From a virus (lineage: Duplodnaviria; Caudoviricetes): 64,000 bases of DNA. Below, piece by piece: positions 49,801-58,835 of this stretch. The notes below the pieces were generated by a model that worked only from the letters and a program-made list of their open reading frames with translations, searched no databases and was not told the DNA's origin. Location of the stretch: the IMG/VR virus record IMGVR_UViG_3300028888_000134, positions 1,831 through 65,830 of that record, one strand, 5' to 3'. The translations under genes were made by a program, and so were the position numbers. Position 1 is the stretch's first letter. Every line of letters begins with the position of its first letter.

Positions 49801-51594
49801 ATGAGTAATATATTAAACCATAACAGACATATTTTTGAGTGTGACTTGAATAAAGAGGATTATTGGGACTTCCATATTTCGTTGGATGAGTATTCAGGCG
49901 GTTCATATGATGGGCTTTCGGAACGATGTTTGTCAGCATTTGTTGAATTAACTGATGATGAATGCATATGGTTTGATAATGTTTATTCAAAAAAGAACTT
50001 CAATTGGGAAAATGCTGTTAATGACAACACTTTGTCATTGAATAATTTCGGTTATACGTCAGTTGATAACGGAAGAACCTATTATGAAAAGGATAAAATA
50101 TCAAATAGGCAGTTTTTTAAACTTTTCACTGACACACATTTCTCTCCACAAGAAGATGATTTGAGATTGGAACTTAAAAAAGTCCGTGGAAATCAACAAA
50201 TATATGATTATTCGGCAGAAATTGTGAAATGGAACGATATAATTCAATGTGCCAAACTAAACGGTGGGTGGTATCAAGGATTTTTTTGTGCAAATGATGG
50301 AAAAAATTATAAAGTGCTTCCAACTGACATAAAAACAGGATGGAATCTTGAATTTGTATTAAATAAAGAGGATTTTGAGAATGAAAAACTTACTCTAAAT
50401 GACAAATATCCTGAAAATAAGGGGATTTTCTTTTATATTGGAATCAGAGCGGAAAATAAATGGTGGATTAAGTACTTGACAGAACATGATTTTGAGTGGT
50501 GCAGCAAAAATGTTTTCGATTCAGAGTATGCAAAAGGTGAATATTTTGAAAATAACCCCTTGAATGACCCATATTTCACAAAAATTGTTGAGGTTTATGA
50601 AAATGGTGGTTATTTTTCAGATGATTATATCGTTCAAAACGAAAATGAAGCCGTTTCCGCTTTTGAAAAAGGATATCTTGAAGACAATGAGGTTTGTGAT
50701 ACGTGTGATAATTACGTGACTGATGAATATTATCAAAAAGATATGCAAATTGATGAAAATATGACATTGGAAACTGACAATGGTTTTGATTTTTATCAAC
50801 CTAATGTTGAGGAAATCAAAACAGACAACAAATTTCTGATATTTGACAGAACACCAAATGGTGAAAAGGCAAATAAATGGGATGAAAACACTGATTTTTA
50901 TTTAAATTACGTAAAAAAGCCTGATATTGGAAACTATTTTACACTTTTTCATCGTGGAAAAGACGGTTATACAACAAAGAAGATACAGGAAGTGCTTGAT
51001 GTAAAAAACAAAGAGTATAATGTATTGAAAGACATATATAGAAATGCACTTGCCTTTCAAATAAAGGATGACGGTACAATTGGGTATAAATATTTAACCA
51101 AAGATTGTGAAAGTGAGGAGGAAAACTATAAAATAGAGAGTGAATTCACTCATTTTGCAGCAATACAAGATAAATTATGGTATACAATCAATGTAAAAAT
51201 AGTTCCTGTTACAAATATTAACAATTTTGACACAAAATGTTTGGTAAACACACCAACAACCGACAAAATGAGGATTTATTTCTATGTAAATGGCAAATTA
51301 GTACTTATTTCAAGGGAATTGCCTATGTTGAATCTCAAAATGCTTGACGATTTGGCTGAAAAACAGGAAGGTGTGCCTTTTAATTTGTCACTTGGAGGTG
51401 GAACACAAGGTCTTGCAGAGGTTGTTTATCTCAATTATCTTAAATTGCCAGAATATACATTGCCTCTTGAAAAAGAGTTTGGCGGTAGTTTCATAGGATA
51501 TATCAAAACGTTCAGATTTTACACATGTCCTCTAAATTATGCAGAAATATATGGAAATTACGTTTTTACGAAAAAACAAAACTATTTATATTAA
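49801..51594 (+). CDS. ConA/LamG-like virion protein (putative)
   Basis: C-terminal FYVNGKLV ... LSLGGGTQGL ... FIGYIKTFRFYTCPL beta-sandwich signature. Confidence 0.6.
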   Translation: MSNILNHNRHIFECDLNKEDYWDFHISLDEYSGGSYDGLSERCLSAFVELTDDECIWFDNVYSKKNFNWENAVNDNTLSLNNFGYTSVDNGRTYYEKDKISNRQFFKLFTDTHFSPQEDDLRLELKKVRGNQQIYDYSAEIVKWNDIIQCAKLNGGWYQGFFCANDGKNYKVLPTDIKTGWNLEFVLNKEDFENEKLTLNDKYPENKGIFFYIGIRAENKWWIKYLTEHDFEWCSKNVFDSEYAKGEYFENNPLNDPYFTKIVEVYENGGYFSDDYIVQNENEAVSAFEKGYLEDNEVCDTCDNYVTDEYYQKDMQIDENMTLETDNGFDFYQPNVEEIKTDNKFLIFDRTPNGEKANKWDENTDFYLNYVKKPDIGNYFTLFHRGKDGYTTKKIQEVLDVKNKEYNVLKDIYRNALAFQIKDDGTIGYKYLTKDCESEEENYKIESEFTHFAAIQDKLWYTINVKIVPVTNINNFDTKCLVNTPTTDKMRIYFYVNGKLVLISRELPMLNLKMLDDLAEKQEGVPFNLSLGGGTQGLAEVVYLNYLKLPEYTLPLEKEFGGSFIGYIKTFRFYTCPLNYAEIYGNYVFTKKQNYLY

Positions 51595-51622
51595 AATAAC
51601 TTTATAAAGAAAATACATATTC

Positions 51623-53551
51623 ATGAATGGTATAACATATTTCAGACTTAATTCGGCTTACGATGGTGATGTGACAAAGAATTGTGCATTGACTGGCTCT
51701 GAAGTTGATAATAATTTCTATACATTGGAAGGTAGGGATGTTAAGTCAGTTGAATTGGAGGACGGAAAGATAATTGTCAAACTTATGAATGGCAATATTC
51801 TGTCAACTGACAACATAACTGAAGATTGTTTGAAGGAATTATCAATTGATTTTGATGAGGTTAATGGTGTTTTAACTATAACAAAAAACGGTGTTACACA
51901 AACAATTGAGGGATTTGCAACAAATTATAATATAGCTGAAGCCGTTTGTGTTGATGGTACACTTAAAGGAAATGGACTGTCCACATCGCCAATAGGTTTA
52001 TCACCAATGGCAAAGACAGGACAATATAGACCTGTAAATAAGATAATAAATGTCATAGAGGGTGAAAAACTTCCGTGTTGTTCAAACGTTTCACCTGGTG
52101 ATAGGTTTCTTACAATAGAAAACGTCAATGAATTTGGTTATCTATATAACTATGAGGGCTTAAAGAAGATTGCTTGCAAACTTAATCAAACTCATTCTCA
52201 ATGGAGAGTTCCAACCAAAGATGATTGGGATGATATGCTAAATGCTGTAGAGCCTATTGATGATTTCAGGAACCATAATGATGCAAGGAGCAATAAGTTT
52301 TTGGGAAAATTTGCAGGAAAGTTCTTGAAATCTAAAAATTATTGGGAAGTAGGTGAAAATGATGATGATTGTTGTCATAATGACTGTTATGACGAATGTA
52401 ATCATTGCTGTAATCAATGTAATGATTGCAATAATGAGAGCAATAATGATTGTCATGAGGAAAATACAGAAAATACACATCAATGTGGCGAAAATCCTAA
52501 TCCTTGTATACCAAGTTATTGTGGTGAATATGGAAATTGCCATTATACCAATAATTGCAATTGCAATGGCATTGATAAATATGGCTTCAATGTGCTTCCC
52601 GCTGGTTATGCTAATGAAGCAAAGGATTATCTGTATTTTAAAGAACGTGCATATTTCTGGACAGCAACAAACCACGAATATCGTGATGCATACATAAAGG
52701 CATTTGCATATAACAAGTGCAATGTATTGCAAGATGTTATGGCAAGTGACAACTTTATGTCAGTTAGATTGGTAAAAGACTACACAGGTGACAATTTCAA
52801 TGAAAGAGAGGATATTCTTGGAAGTACATATTCAACAGTTCTTATGCCATCAATGAAAAAGGGCAGTGCTATTTGGACATCAGTAAACATTTGTGTCGGT
52901 GGCTGCAATTGTGACTGTGATTGTGAATGCAATTGCCATTTCGTCTTGCCCAATAACGGTGAAGGATATGAAAGTGTGAAAAAATTCTTTATCAATGAAT
53001 GGACAGGTAAAGAATGGTTAAGAAATGAAATAAAAGACGGCGAATCCGTTGTTGTAATAAGTAACGGTGAAACAAATGACTATATTGAATACCGTGTGAT
53101 GAATGGTGAACTTGTTGATGTGTCAACAATCACTTATGACAGTATAATTGGAAGAATACAGGAAATTATTGATGAATTAAATCAAAAAGTTGACAACGAA
53201 ATAGAGCGTTCAACAGAAAAGGATGAAGAATTAGAACAAAGTCTTGTTGATGTCAACGAACATCTTGATGAGATAGACAATAATATCAATAGTATTAATC
53301 AAACAGTCGAAGAACAACAAACCACACTTGACAATTTATCACAAATCATAGAGGATGAAATTTCAGAAAGACAAGCAGAGGATGCAAGACTTCAAGAAGA
53401 AATTAATGCAATCACAGGAAGCATTTCCGATGAATACATTATACAAGATGGAAGTGGTTTTAATAATGAAAGTGGCGTATTGACACTTAAGAGCAAGAGT
53501 GGTAATAATGATATAAATATTCAATTCAGTTTGAATTTCGGCACATTCTAA
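51623..53551 (+). CDS. Fibre-like protein with FISUMP (Fibrobacter major paralogous) domain and Cys-rich inserts
   Basis: LTGSEVDNNF N-motif; WRVPTKDDWDDML...GKFLKS...DKYGFNVLPAGY...YFWTAT; coiled-coil tail; ends LNFGTF. Confidence 0.75.
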   Translation: MNGITYFRLNSAYDGDVTKNCALTGSEVDNNFYTLEGRDVKSVELEDGKIIVKLMNGNILSTDNITEDCLKELSIDFDEVNGVLTITKNGVTQTIEGFATNYNIAEAVCVDGTLKGNGLSTSPIGLSPMAKTGQYRPVNKIINVIEGEKLPCCSNVSPGDRFLTIENVNEFGYLYNYEGLKKIACKLNQTHSQWRVPTKDDWDDMLNAVEPIDDFRNHNDARSNKFLGKFAGKFLKSKNYWEVGENDDDCCHNDCYDECNHCCNQCNDCNNESNNDCHEENTENTHQCGENPNPCIPSYCGEYGNCHYTNNCNCNGIDKYGFNVLPAGYANEAKDYLYFKERAYFWTATNHEYRDAYIKAFAYNKCNVLQDVMASDNFMSVRLVKDYTGDNFNEREDILGSTYSTVLMPSMKKGSAIWTSVNICVGGCNCDCDCECNCHFVLPNNGEGYESVKKFFINEWTGKEWLRNEIKDGESVVVISNGETNDYIEYRVMNGELVDVSTITYDSIIGRIQEIIDELNQKVDNEIERSTEKDEELEQSLVDVNEHLDEIDNNINSINQTVEEQQTTLDNLSQIIEDEISERQAEDARLQEEINAITGSISDEYIIQDGSGFNNESGVLTLKSKSGNNDINIQFSLNFGTF

Positions 53552-53587
53552 TTATTTATAATAAGAAATAAACAATATAAACGAAAT

Positions 53588-56068
53588 ATGAAGAATAACA
53601 ATTACAATTTGATACTTTTACATCATGAGGAAGTGTTCGAAACAAGAGAACTTGCATTGGAATATTTAAATGACTTCTATAAGCCAAACTCTCTTGAAGG
53701 TGAACCTGTATTGGTTAAGTACGGTAATAGCAGAAACCCAAGTGTTATTTTGGCATTTGGAACATCAGATGCATCACCAGGAAGTTTCTATGCCATTGAT
53801 ATGACAAAAGCAAATGAGAAAATTGAAGAATTATCAAATATAATCAACGGAGAACAAGAAGATTTTGATTATATCAGAGAAGTTCTTGGTGGAATAGTCA
53901 AGGCATCGGGTTTAATTTTAGATGACAATAAAATAACAGATAAGGTTACATATGAACCAGATCCAAGAGACAATGTTATAGGAAATGCTGTTAGCATTGC
54001 GGAAGCAATTGATTTGTTGTCAAAATATGCACAGGAAAACTTTACGGACACTGAATTAAGTGTTGAGGACACAAACAGTGTAAGACTTATATATGAGGTC
54101 AATCCAAATGGAGGAAAAAAATTAAAGGCTGAAATACAAGTTTCAGACGGTGGTGTTTCTGATGAATTGGAATTCAACAACAACATTATTGGCATAAAGA
54201 ATGACGGTATTTATGCCGCTTCAAATTTGTCTTATGATGACCTTAGACACGAATTAATATACACAACGAGCGGATATAGAAACGGACGTTTCCAAGATGA
54301 CGCAAAAGTTCAGAGAATAAGCCTTGGACAACACACAAGACTTGTGGCTGATAATGAAGGAAACAGTGTAAGACTTGTTATTGACAATGACACAGCAAAC
54401 TATACAGCAACAATAAGTGCAAATCTTCAGATTGCTAACAGAGAGGATAATATTCTTCAATTATCTGATGGTAAAGCATTTGTTGAAGGAAAAGCAAGGA
54501 ATATTTCATATGGAAATGGAACTGTTGAAGATGCCTTGTCCGATTTGACAACTGACATGGGTAAAAAAATAGAAAAAGTTGAAATTGTCAAAAACAGTCA
54601 GTCTGATTTGCAGTACATTCTTAAAGTTGACAATGTTGACGCTGGTGAAATCAATATACCAAAGGACAGATTCTTAAGCAGTGTGACTTATGACCCATCA
54701 ACAAAGGAATTGACATTCATATTTGAAACCACAACAGGCACAAGTGTGAATGTTATTAAAGTTGATGACCTTATTGACATATACACAGCAGGTAACGGTC
54801 TTGAAGTGGAAAACAATGAGTTTAGTGTAAGGCTGAATGAAGAATGTGAAGCATATCTAACGGTATCTGAAGAAGGTCTTAAATTGTTCGGTATAACTGA
54901 TGCACTCGCACAAAAGGCAAATGTTTCTGATGTGTATACAAAGGCTGAGTGTGATGCCAAATATCTGACGGAACACCAATCTCTCGCAGACTATGCAACA
55001 GTAAGTTCAGTTGAAACAATTGCTCAAAATGTTAGCCAAAACACACAATCTTTAGAAACATTAAATGGTAATGAATCAACACAAGGTTCTGTTAAAAATG
55101 CAATCAAAAAGTCAAAAGATTATACTGATGAAAAAGTTGCTGTTAAAGCAAATTCAGCAGATGTATACACAAAAACTGAAATTGACAACAAGGGTTATTT
55201 GACGGAACATCAAGACATCTCTAATCTTGCAACAAAAGCAAGTCTTGCTGAAACAGAAGCAAAAGCAACACAAAATGCTTCTGACATAGCAGAACTAACA
55301 TCAACAGTTGATGATATGAAATTTGTCACAAATGAGAGTGATACTGTTGTTATGACAATGGAAAAAGAAACCGGTGCTGAAACAAGAACGCTTACATCAT
55401 TTGTTAAAATTGACCAGTCAAATGCAACAAACATCATTAAAAGAAATGTTAATGGTATCTATGCAAATGTAAGTCTTAGTTATAACAAGGCAGAAAACAA
55501 AATAACATTCAATGACGGTAACGGGGATAAAGAATTTATCTTAAACAATTTTGGAATACTTGAAGATGCTTTTTATGACAGTGAAACACAAAGCATTGTA
55601 CTTGTTGTTAAAAAAGATGATGAATCAACCAAGAGAGTTACAATTCCTGTTAGCAGTCTTGTTAATACATGGACTGTACAGGAAAGTGCCACAAGTCCAG
55701 TTGTTTTGACCAAAACAACAACTACAAATGGTGATGTGTTAAGTGCTGATTTAAGGGTTGTAAACAGTCCGAAAAATCTATTATCCATTGACCAAGGTTA
55801 TTTGTTTGCTGACGGTGACTCAAATGCACACTACGCTTTGTGGGGAATGACGGAAACAAATGTTCAGGCAGTGTTGAACTTGATAAAACCAGAAATAGAC
55901 AAAATCCCAACAATAGAAAGAAATTTGGGAATTGTTCAAACACAAGCAGCCAACGCAGAACAAGATGCACTTGATGCAAAAACTTTAGTTAATCAAATGG
56001 CAGACAGACTTTCCCAAATAGAGGATATTCTTGCATCACTTATTGATTTTGGTACATATTCTGACTAA
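53588..56068 (+). CDS. Tail fibre-like structural protein
   Basis: FETRELAL N-motif, INIPKDRFL...YTAGNGL module, two VYTK...YLTEHQ repeats; ends IDFGTYSD. Confidence 0.7.
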   Translation: MKNNNYNLILLHHEEVFETRELALEYLNDFYKPNSLEGEPVLVKYGNSRNPSVILAFGTSDASPGSFYAIDMTKANEKIEELSNIINGEQEDFDYIREVLGGIVKASGLILDDNKITDKVTYEPDPRDNVIGNAVSIAEAIDLLSKYAQENFTDTELSVEDTNSVRLIYEVNPNGGKKLKAEIQVSDGGVSDELEFNNNIIGIKNDGIYAASNLSYDDLRHELIYTTSGYRNGRFQDDAKVQRISLGQHTRLVADNEGNSVRLVIDNDTANYTATISANLQIANREDNILQLSDGKAFVEGKARNISYGNGTVEDALSDLTTDMGKKIEKVEIVKNSQSDLQYILKVDNVDAGEINIPKDRFLSSVTYDPSTKELTFIFETTTGTSVNVIKVDDLIDIYTAGNGLEVENNEFSVRLNEECEAYLTVSEEGLKLFGITDALAQKANVSDVYTKAECDAKYLTEHQSLADYATVSSVETIAQNVSQNTQSLETLNGNESTQGSVKNAIKKSKDYTDEKVAVKANSADVYTKTEIDNKGYLTEHQDISNLATKASLAETEAKATQNASDIAELTSTVDDMKFVTNESDTVVMTMEKETGAETRTLTSFVKIDQSNATNIIKRNVNGIYANVSLSYNKAENKITFNDGNGDKEFILNNFGILEDAFYDSETQSIVLVVKKDDESTKRVTIPVSSLVNTWTVQESATSPVVLTKTTTTNGDVLSADLRVVNSPKNLLSIDQGYLFADGDSNAHYALWGMTETNVQAVLNLIKPEIDKIPTIERNLGIVQTQAANAEQDALDAKTLVNQMADRLSQIEDILASLIDFGTYSD

Positions 56069-56101
56069 TTATTAATAAAATAAAAATACAACATATATAA
56101 A

Positions 56102-57571
56102 ATGGCAGTTTTAAAACTTTTAAGAAACGAAAATTTGTTTGAAACACGTGAGGCTGCATTAAATGATATTGCTTCAAGGTCTGAGACTTTTGAGGACGGC
56201 ATGGTGTGGATTGCAAGTTATGGTGAAACACCAAATGCAAAAACACTTTTGGCAATAAAACGTGATGACGGTGTTACTGTTTTTGATAATGAAAACATGA
56301 GTGATGCAATAAATACACTTAATTATTCTGATGATGCTGTTGCAAAGAAATTTGTTACAAGTGTTTCTCAGACAAATGGATTGATAAGTGTTCAGCGTGG
56401 TGAAATAACATCTGACAATTCAATCAATTTAACTGACGGGTCAGATGGAGGTGTCAATTTTGGTGTTAACATAAAAAATGATGAAAAAGTGTTGAACTTA
56501 ACAAATCAAGGCTTGCAAACTGATATTTCTTTGAAGAAAATAACAACAGGATTGAGTGCAAACATCAAAGAACAATATCAATTGGTAGGTACTAATGACA
56601 CACAGTTAGGAAATGTGACAATTGATATCTACAAAAACAGTTCATTGCTTCAAGTTAAATTATCAACGACAGATGCAACATGGGATGCGGTAAATGAAAC
56701 TATTGTTGATGGAACTGGTGAGGATGCACTTGTTTTCGCTTATGAAGACAAAAATAGTGTTGTTCAATTGGTACATGTCAATGTCGGAAGTTTCTTGCGT
56801 GAAAGTGAAATCACAGACGGTCTTGAAGTTGTTAACCACGATGTTAAAGTAAAAATTGATACAACCTCAAATGATGCAGAAAATTTCTTGTCAGTCAGTT
56901 CAGACGGTGTTAAAATAAGTGGGATAAATTCAGCAATATCATCTAAGGTTGGAACGCTTGACGCAACTGTTAAAGCAAATCTTGATAATAGTGATGACAC
57001 AAAGGTAGAGGAAGGAAAACATTTTGGTATAAAAATCATCGAAACCGACGGTAAATTGACAAGTGTCAGTGTTGTTGAAGATAATATTGCAAGTCAAAGT
57101 TATGTGACTGAAATTGAACGTGTTACCGCTGAAGCACTCAATGATTTGAACGAAAGAATTGAGAATGTCTATACCAAAGAAGATATTGACGATAAAGGTT
57201 ATTTGACTGAACATCAGGATATAAGTGGTAAGGCAGATGTTTCAGTTGTTCAGAGAATTGAACGTGTAACGGCAGAAGCACTCAATGACTTGAACACAAG
57301 ACTTAGTGAAGAAATATCAACAAGACAAGAAGCAGACAATTCAAAAGCAGATGTAAGTGATGTTTACACAAAAGATGAAGTCTATACAAAGACAGAATCA
57401 GATGCCAAGTATCTCACTGAACATCAGGATATAAGCAGTAAGGCAGATGTTTCTGATGTTGAGAGAATTGAACGTGTTACCGCTGAAGCACTCAATGATA
57501 TTGAATTGAGGAAACTAAATAAAGAGGATATTGAAGAATATCTTTCAGAAATAGATTGTGATGAATATTAA
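56102..57571 (+). CDS. Tail fibre-like structural protein
   Basis: FETREAAL N-motif, domain shared with 5607..7340, three ERVTAEALND and two YLTEHQDIS repeats; ends IDCDEY. Confidence 0.7.
   Translation: MAVLKLLRNENLFETREAALNDIASRSETFEDGMVWIASYGETPNAKTLLAIKRDDGVTVFDNENMSDAINTLNYSDDAVAKKFVTSVSQTNGLISVQRGEITSDNSINLTDGSDGGVNFGVNIKNDEKVLNLTNQGLQTDISLKKITTGLSANIKEQYQLVGTNDTQLGNVTIDIYKNSSLLQVKLSTTDATWDAVNETIVDGTGEDALVFAYEDKNSVVQLVHVNVGSFLRESEITDGLEVVNHDVKVKIDTTSNDAENFLSVSSDGVKISGINSAISSKVGTLDATVKANLDNSDDTKVEEGKHFGIKIIETDGKLTSVSVVEDNIASQSYVTEIERVTAEALNDLNERIENVYTKEDIDDKGYLTEHQDISGKADVSVVQRIERVTAEALNDLNTRLSEEISTRQEADNSKADVSDVYTKDEVYTKTESDAKYLTEHQDISSKADVSDVERIERVTAEALNDIELRKLNKEDIEEYLSEIDCDEY
57112..57499 (+). 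repeat. Intragenic direct repeat
   Basis: 34-bp exact repeat aattgaacgtgttaccgctgaagcactcaatgat at 57112-57145 and 57466-57499, with a diverged copy near 57256. Confidence 0.85.
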
Positions 57572-57591
57572 AAAATTAATTAAATAAAGAT

Positions 57592-58527
57592 ATGAATGAA
57601 TATTTAAAATATTTTGAAACACATACCGAATATGAGGCGTATATCAATGGTGATGATGTGTTGCTTCCAAATGTAAGTTATTGTCAAGACAACTATGAAA
57701 CACATTACACTCCATATGTTGCAACTTATATTTCTATTACTATTTCGTCAGCAGGTGGACTGATTAAAATAACAAACATTGATAAATATGAACTCGATTC
57801 TGTTTTTGAAAAAATAGAAATTGATGGCGAAGTAATTCCATTTACAGAATTTTCACCAGGACCGTCCAATGGAAGTTATTTTTATTTTGATGAGGTTGGA
57901 CAAAATGGATGGGTGTTCGGACATGATATTGTCTTCACTTTTATAAAAAATGGAGAAATACCAAATAGTTGTTTTGAAAATTGTGAAAACATAATCAATA
58001 TAGAAATACCAGATAGTGTAACTTCTATTGGTGAATGGGCTTTCGGTGGTTGTGTTAACTTAACTGGTGTTACTTTACCCAAAAATTTTGATCCGTCATT
58101 TATTAAAAACGGTGCTTTTCAAGGTTGTACTTCGTTAAGTAGTGATGATTCTTTGTTATACATTGATAATTATGTTGTTGGTATAACACAAGAAAAATCA
58201 CCTTATACTATTAAATCTGGAACCACAGCAATTTGTGCTGGTGCCCTTTATACATATTCAAGCATTATAAATGAAATAATTTTACCTAATACTATCACGT
58301 TTATTGGTGATAATGCTTTTTCAGGATATAGTGAGCGCACATTGACTATTCAAGCAACTGTACCGCCAGTGATTGGGTTTAATATATTAGGTGATGATGT
58401 ACTTGGAAATGAAATACATGGAATGTTTAATGGCAGTATATATGTTCCATCAGAGAGTCTTGAATTGTATAAAACAGCAAATGGATGGTCTGATTATGCA
58501 GAAAATATTTATGCAATAACACAATAA
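57592..58527 (+). CDS. BspA-type leucine-rich repeat (LRR_5) protein
   Basis: IEIPDSVTSIGEWAFGGC, IILPNTITFIGDNAF, IYVPSESLELYKTANGW; N-motif YLKYFETHTEY...LPNVSYC. Confidence 0.85.
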   Translation: MNEYLKYFETHTEYEAYINGDDVLLPNVSYCQDNYETHYTPYVATYISITISSAGGLIKITNIDKYELDSVFEKIEIDGEVIPFTEFSPGPSNGSYFYFDEVGQNGWVFGHDIVFTFIKNGEIPNSCFENCENIINIEIPDSVTSIGEWAFGGCVNLTGVTLPKNFDPSFIKNGAFQGCTSLSSDDSLLYIDNYVVGITQEKSPYTIKSGTTAICAGALYTYSSIINEIILPNTITFIGDNAFSGYSERTLTIQATVPPVIGFNILGDDVLGNEIHGMFNGSIYVPSESLELYKTANGWSDYAENIYAITQ

Positions 58528-58549
58528 TTATACAATAGAACAAAACAAT

Positions 58550-58580
58550 AAAGGTGTGGATATTAACCACACCTTTTTTT
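58550..58580. terminator. Bidirectional terminator
   Basis: aaaggtgtgg / ccacaccttt stem plus T tract. Confidence 0.8.
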
Positions 58581-58593
58581 CTTGTTGAATGCT

Positions 58594-58728
58594 TTAGAAC
58601 AACGGTTCATCAGTAATCACATTGTCAGCAGGTTCAATTGAACCCAAGTCAATAGGATTTGACATAATGTTGTTCTTCACATTCATCTTGACAACCTTGG
58701 TTGTCGGCTTAAAATAATTCTTTTTCAT
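58594..58728 (-). CDS. 44-aa small protein absent from the ORF track
   Basis: MKKNYFKPTTKVVKMNVKNNIMSNPIDLGSIEPADNVITDEPLF; has its own promoter (58772-58803) and a downstream terminator. Confidence 0.7.
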   Translation of the reverse strand: MKKNYFKPTTKVVKMNVKNNIMSNPIDLGSIEPADNVITDEPLF

Positions 58729-58771
58729 TTCTTTAAAATTTTTAAAAATTGTTATTAACATAAATACTTTG

Positions 58772-58803
58772 CAAAAGTAATCTTTTTATTTTGAATAACC
58801 AAA
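58772..58803 (-). promoter_or_regulatory. Bacteroidetes-type promoter for the small ORF
   Basis: Minus strand TTTG-N20-TACTTTTG. Confidence 0.7.
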
Positions 58804-58835
58804 TAAATTTTGTTAATTTTCCTAAATTTTAGGGA

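Noticed and set aside
57112-57499. Direct repeats as a CRISPR array or DGR template/variable pair
   Set aside because: They are in-frame protein repeats (ERVTAEALND) with no spacer periodicity, no adenine-specific mismatch pattern and no reverse transcriptase nearby.
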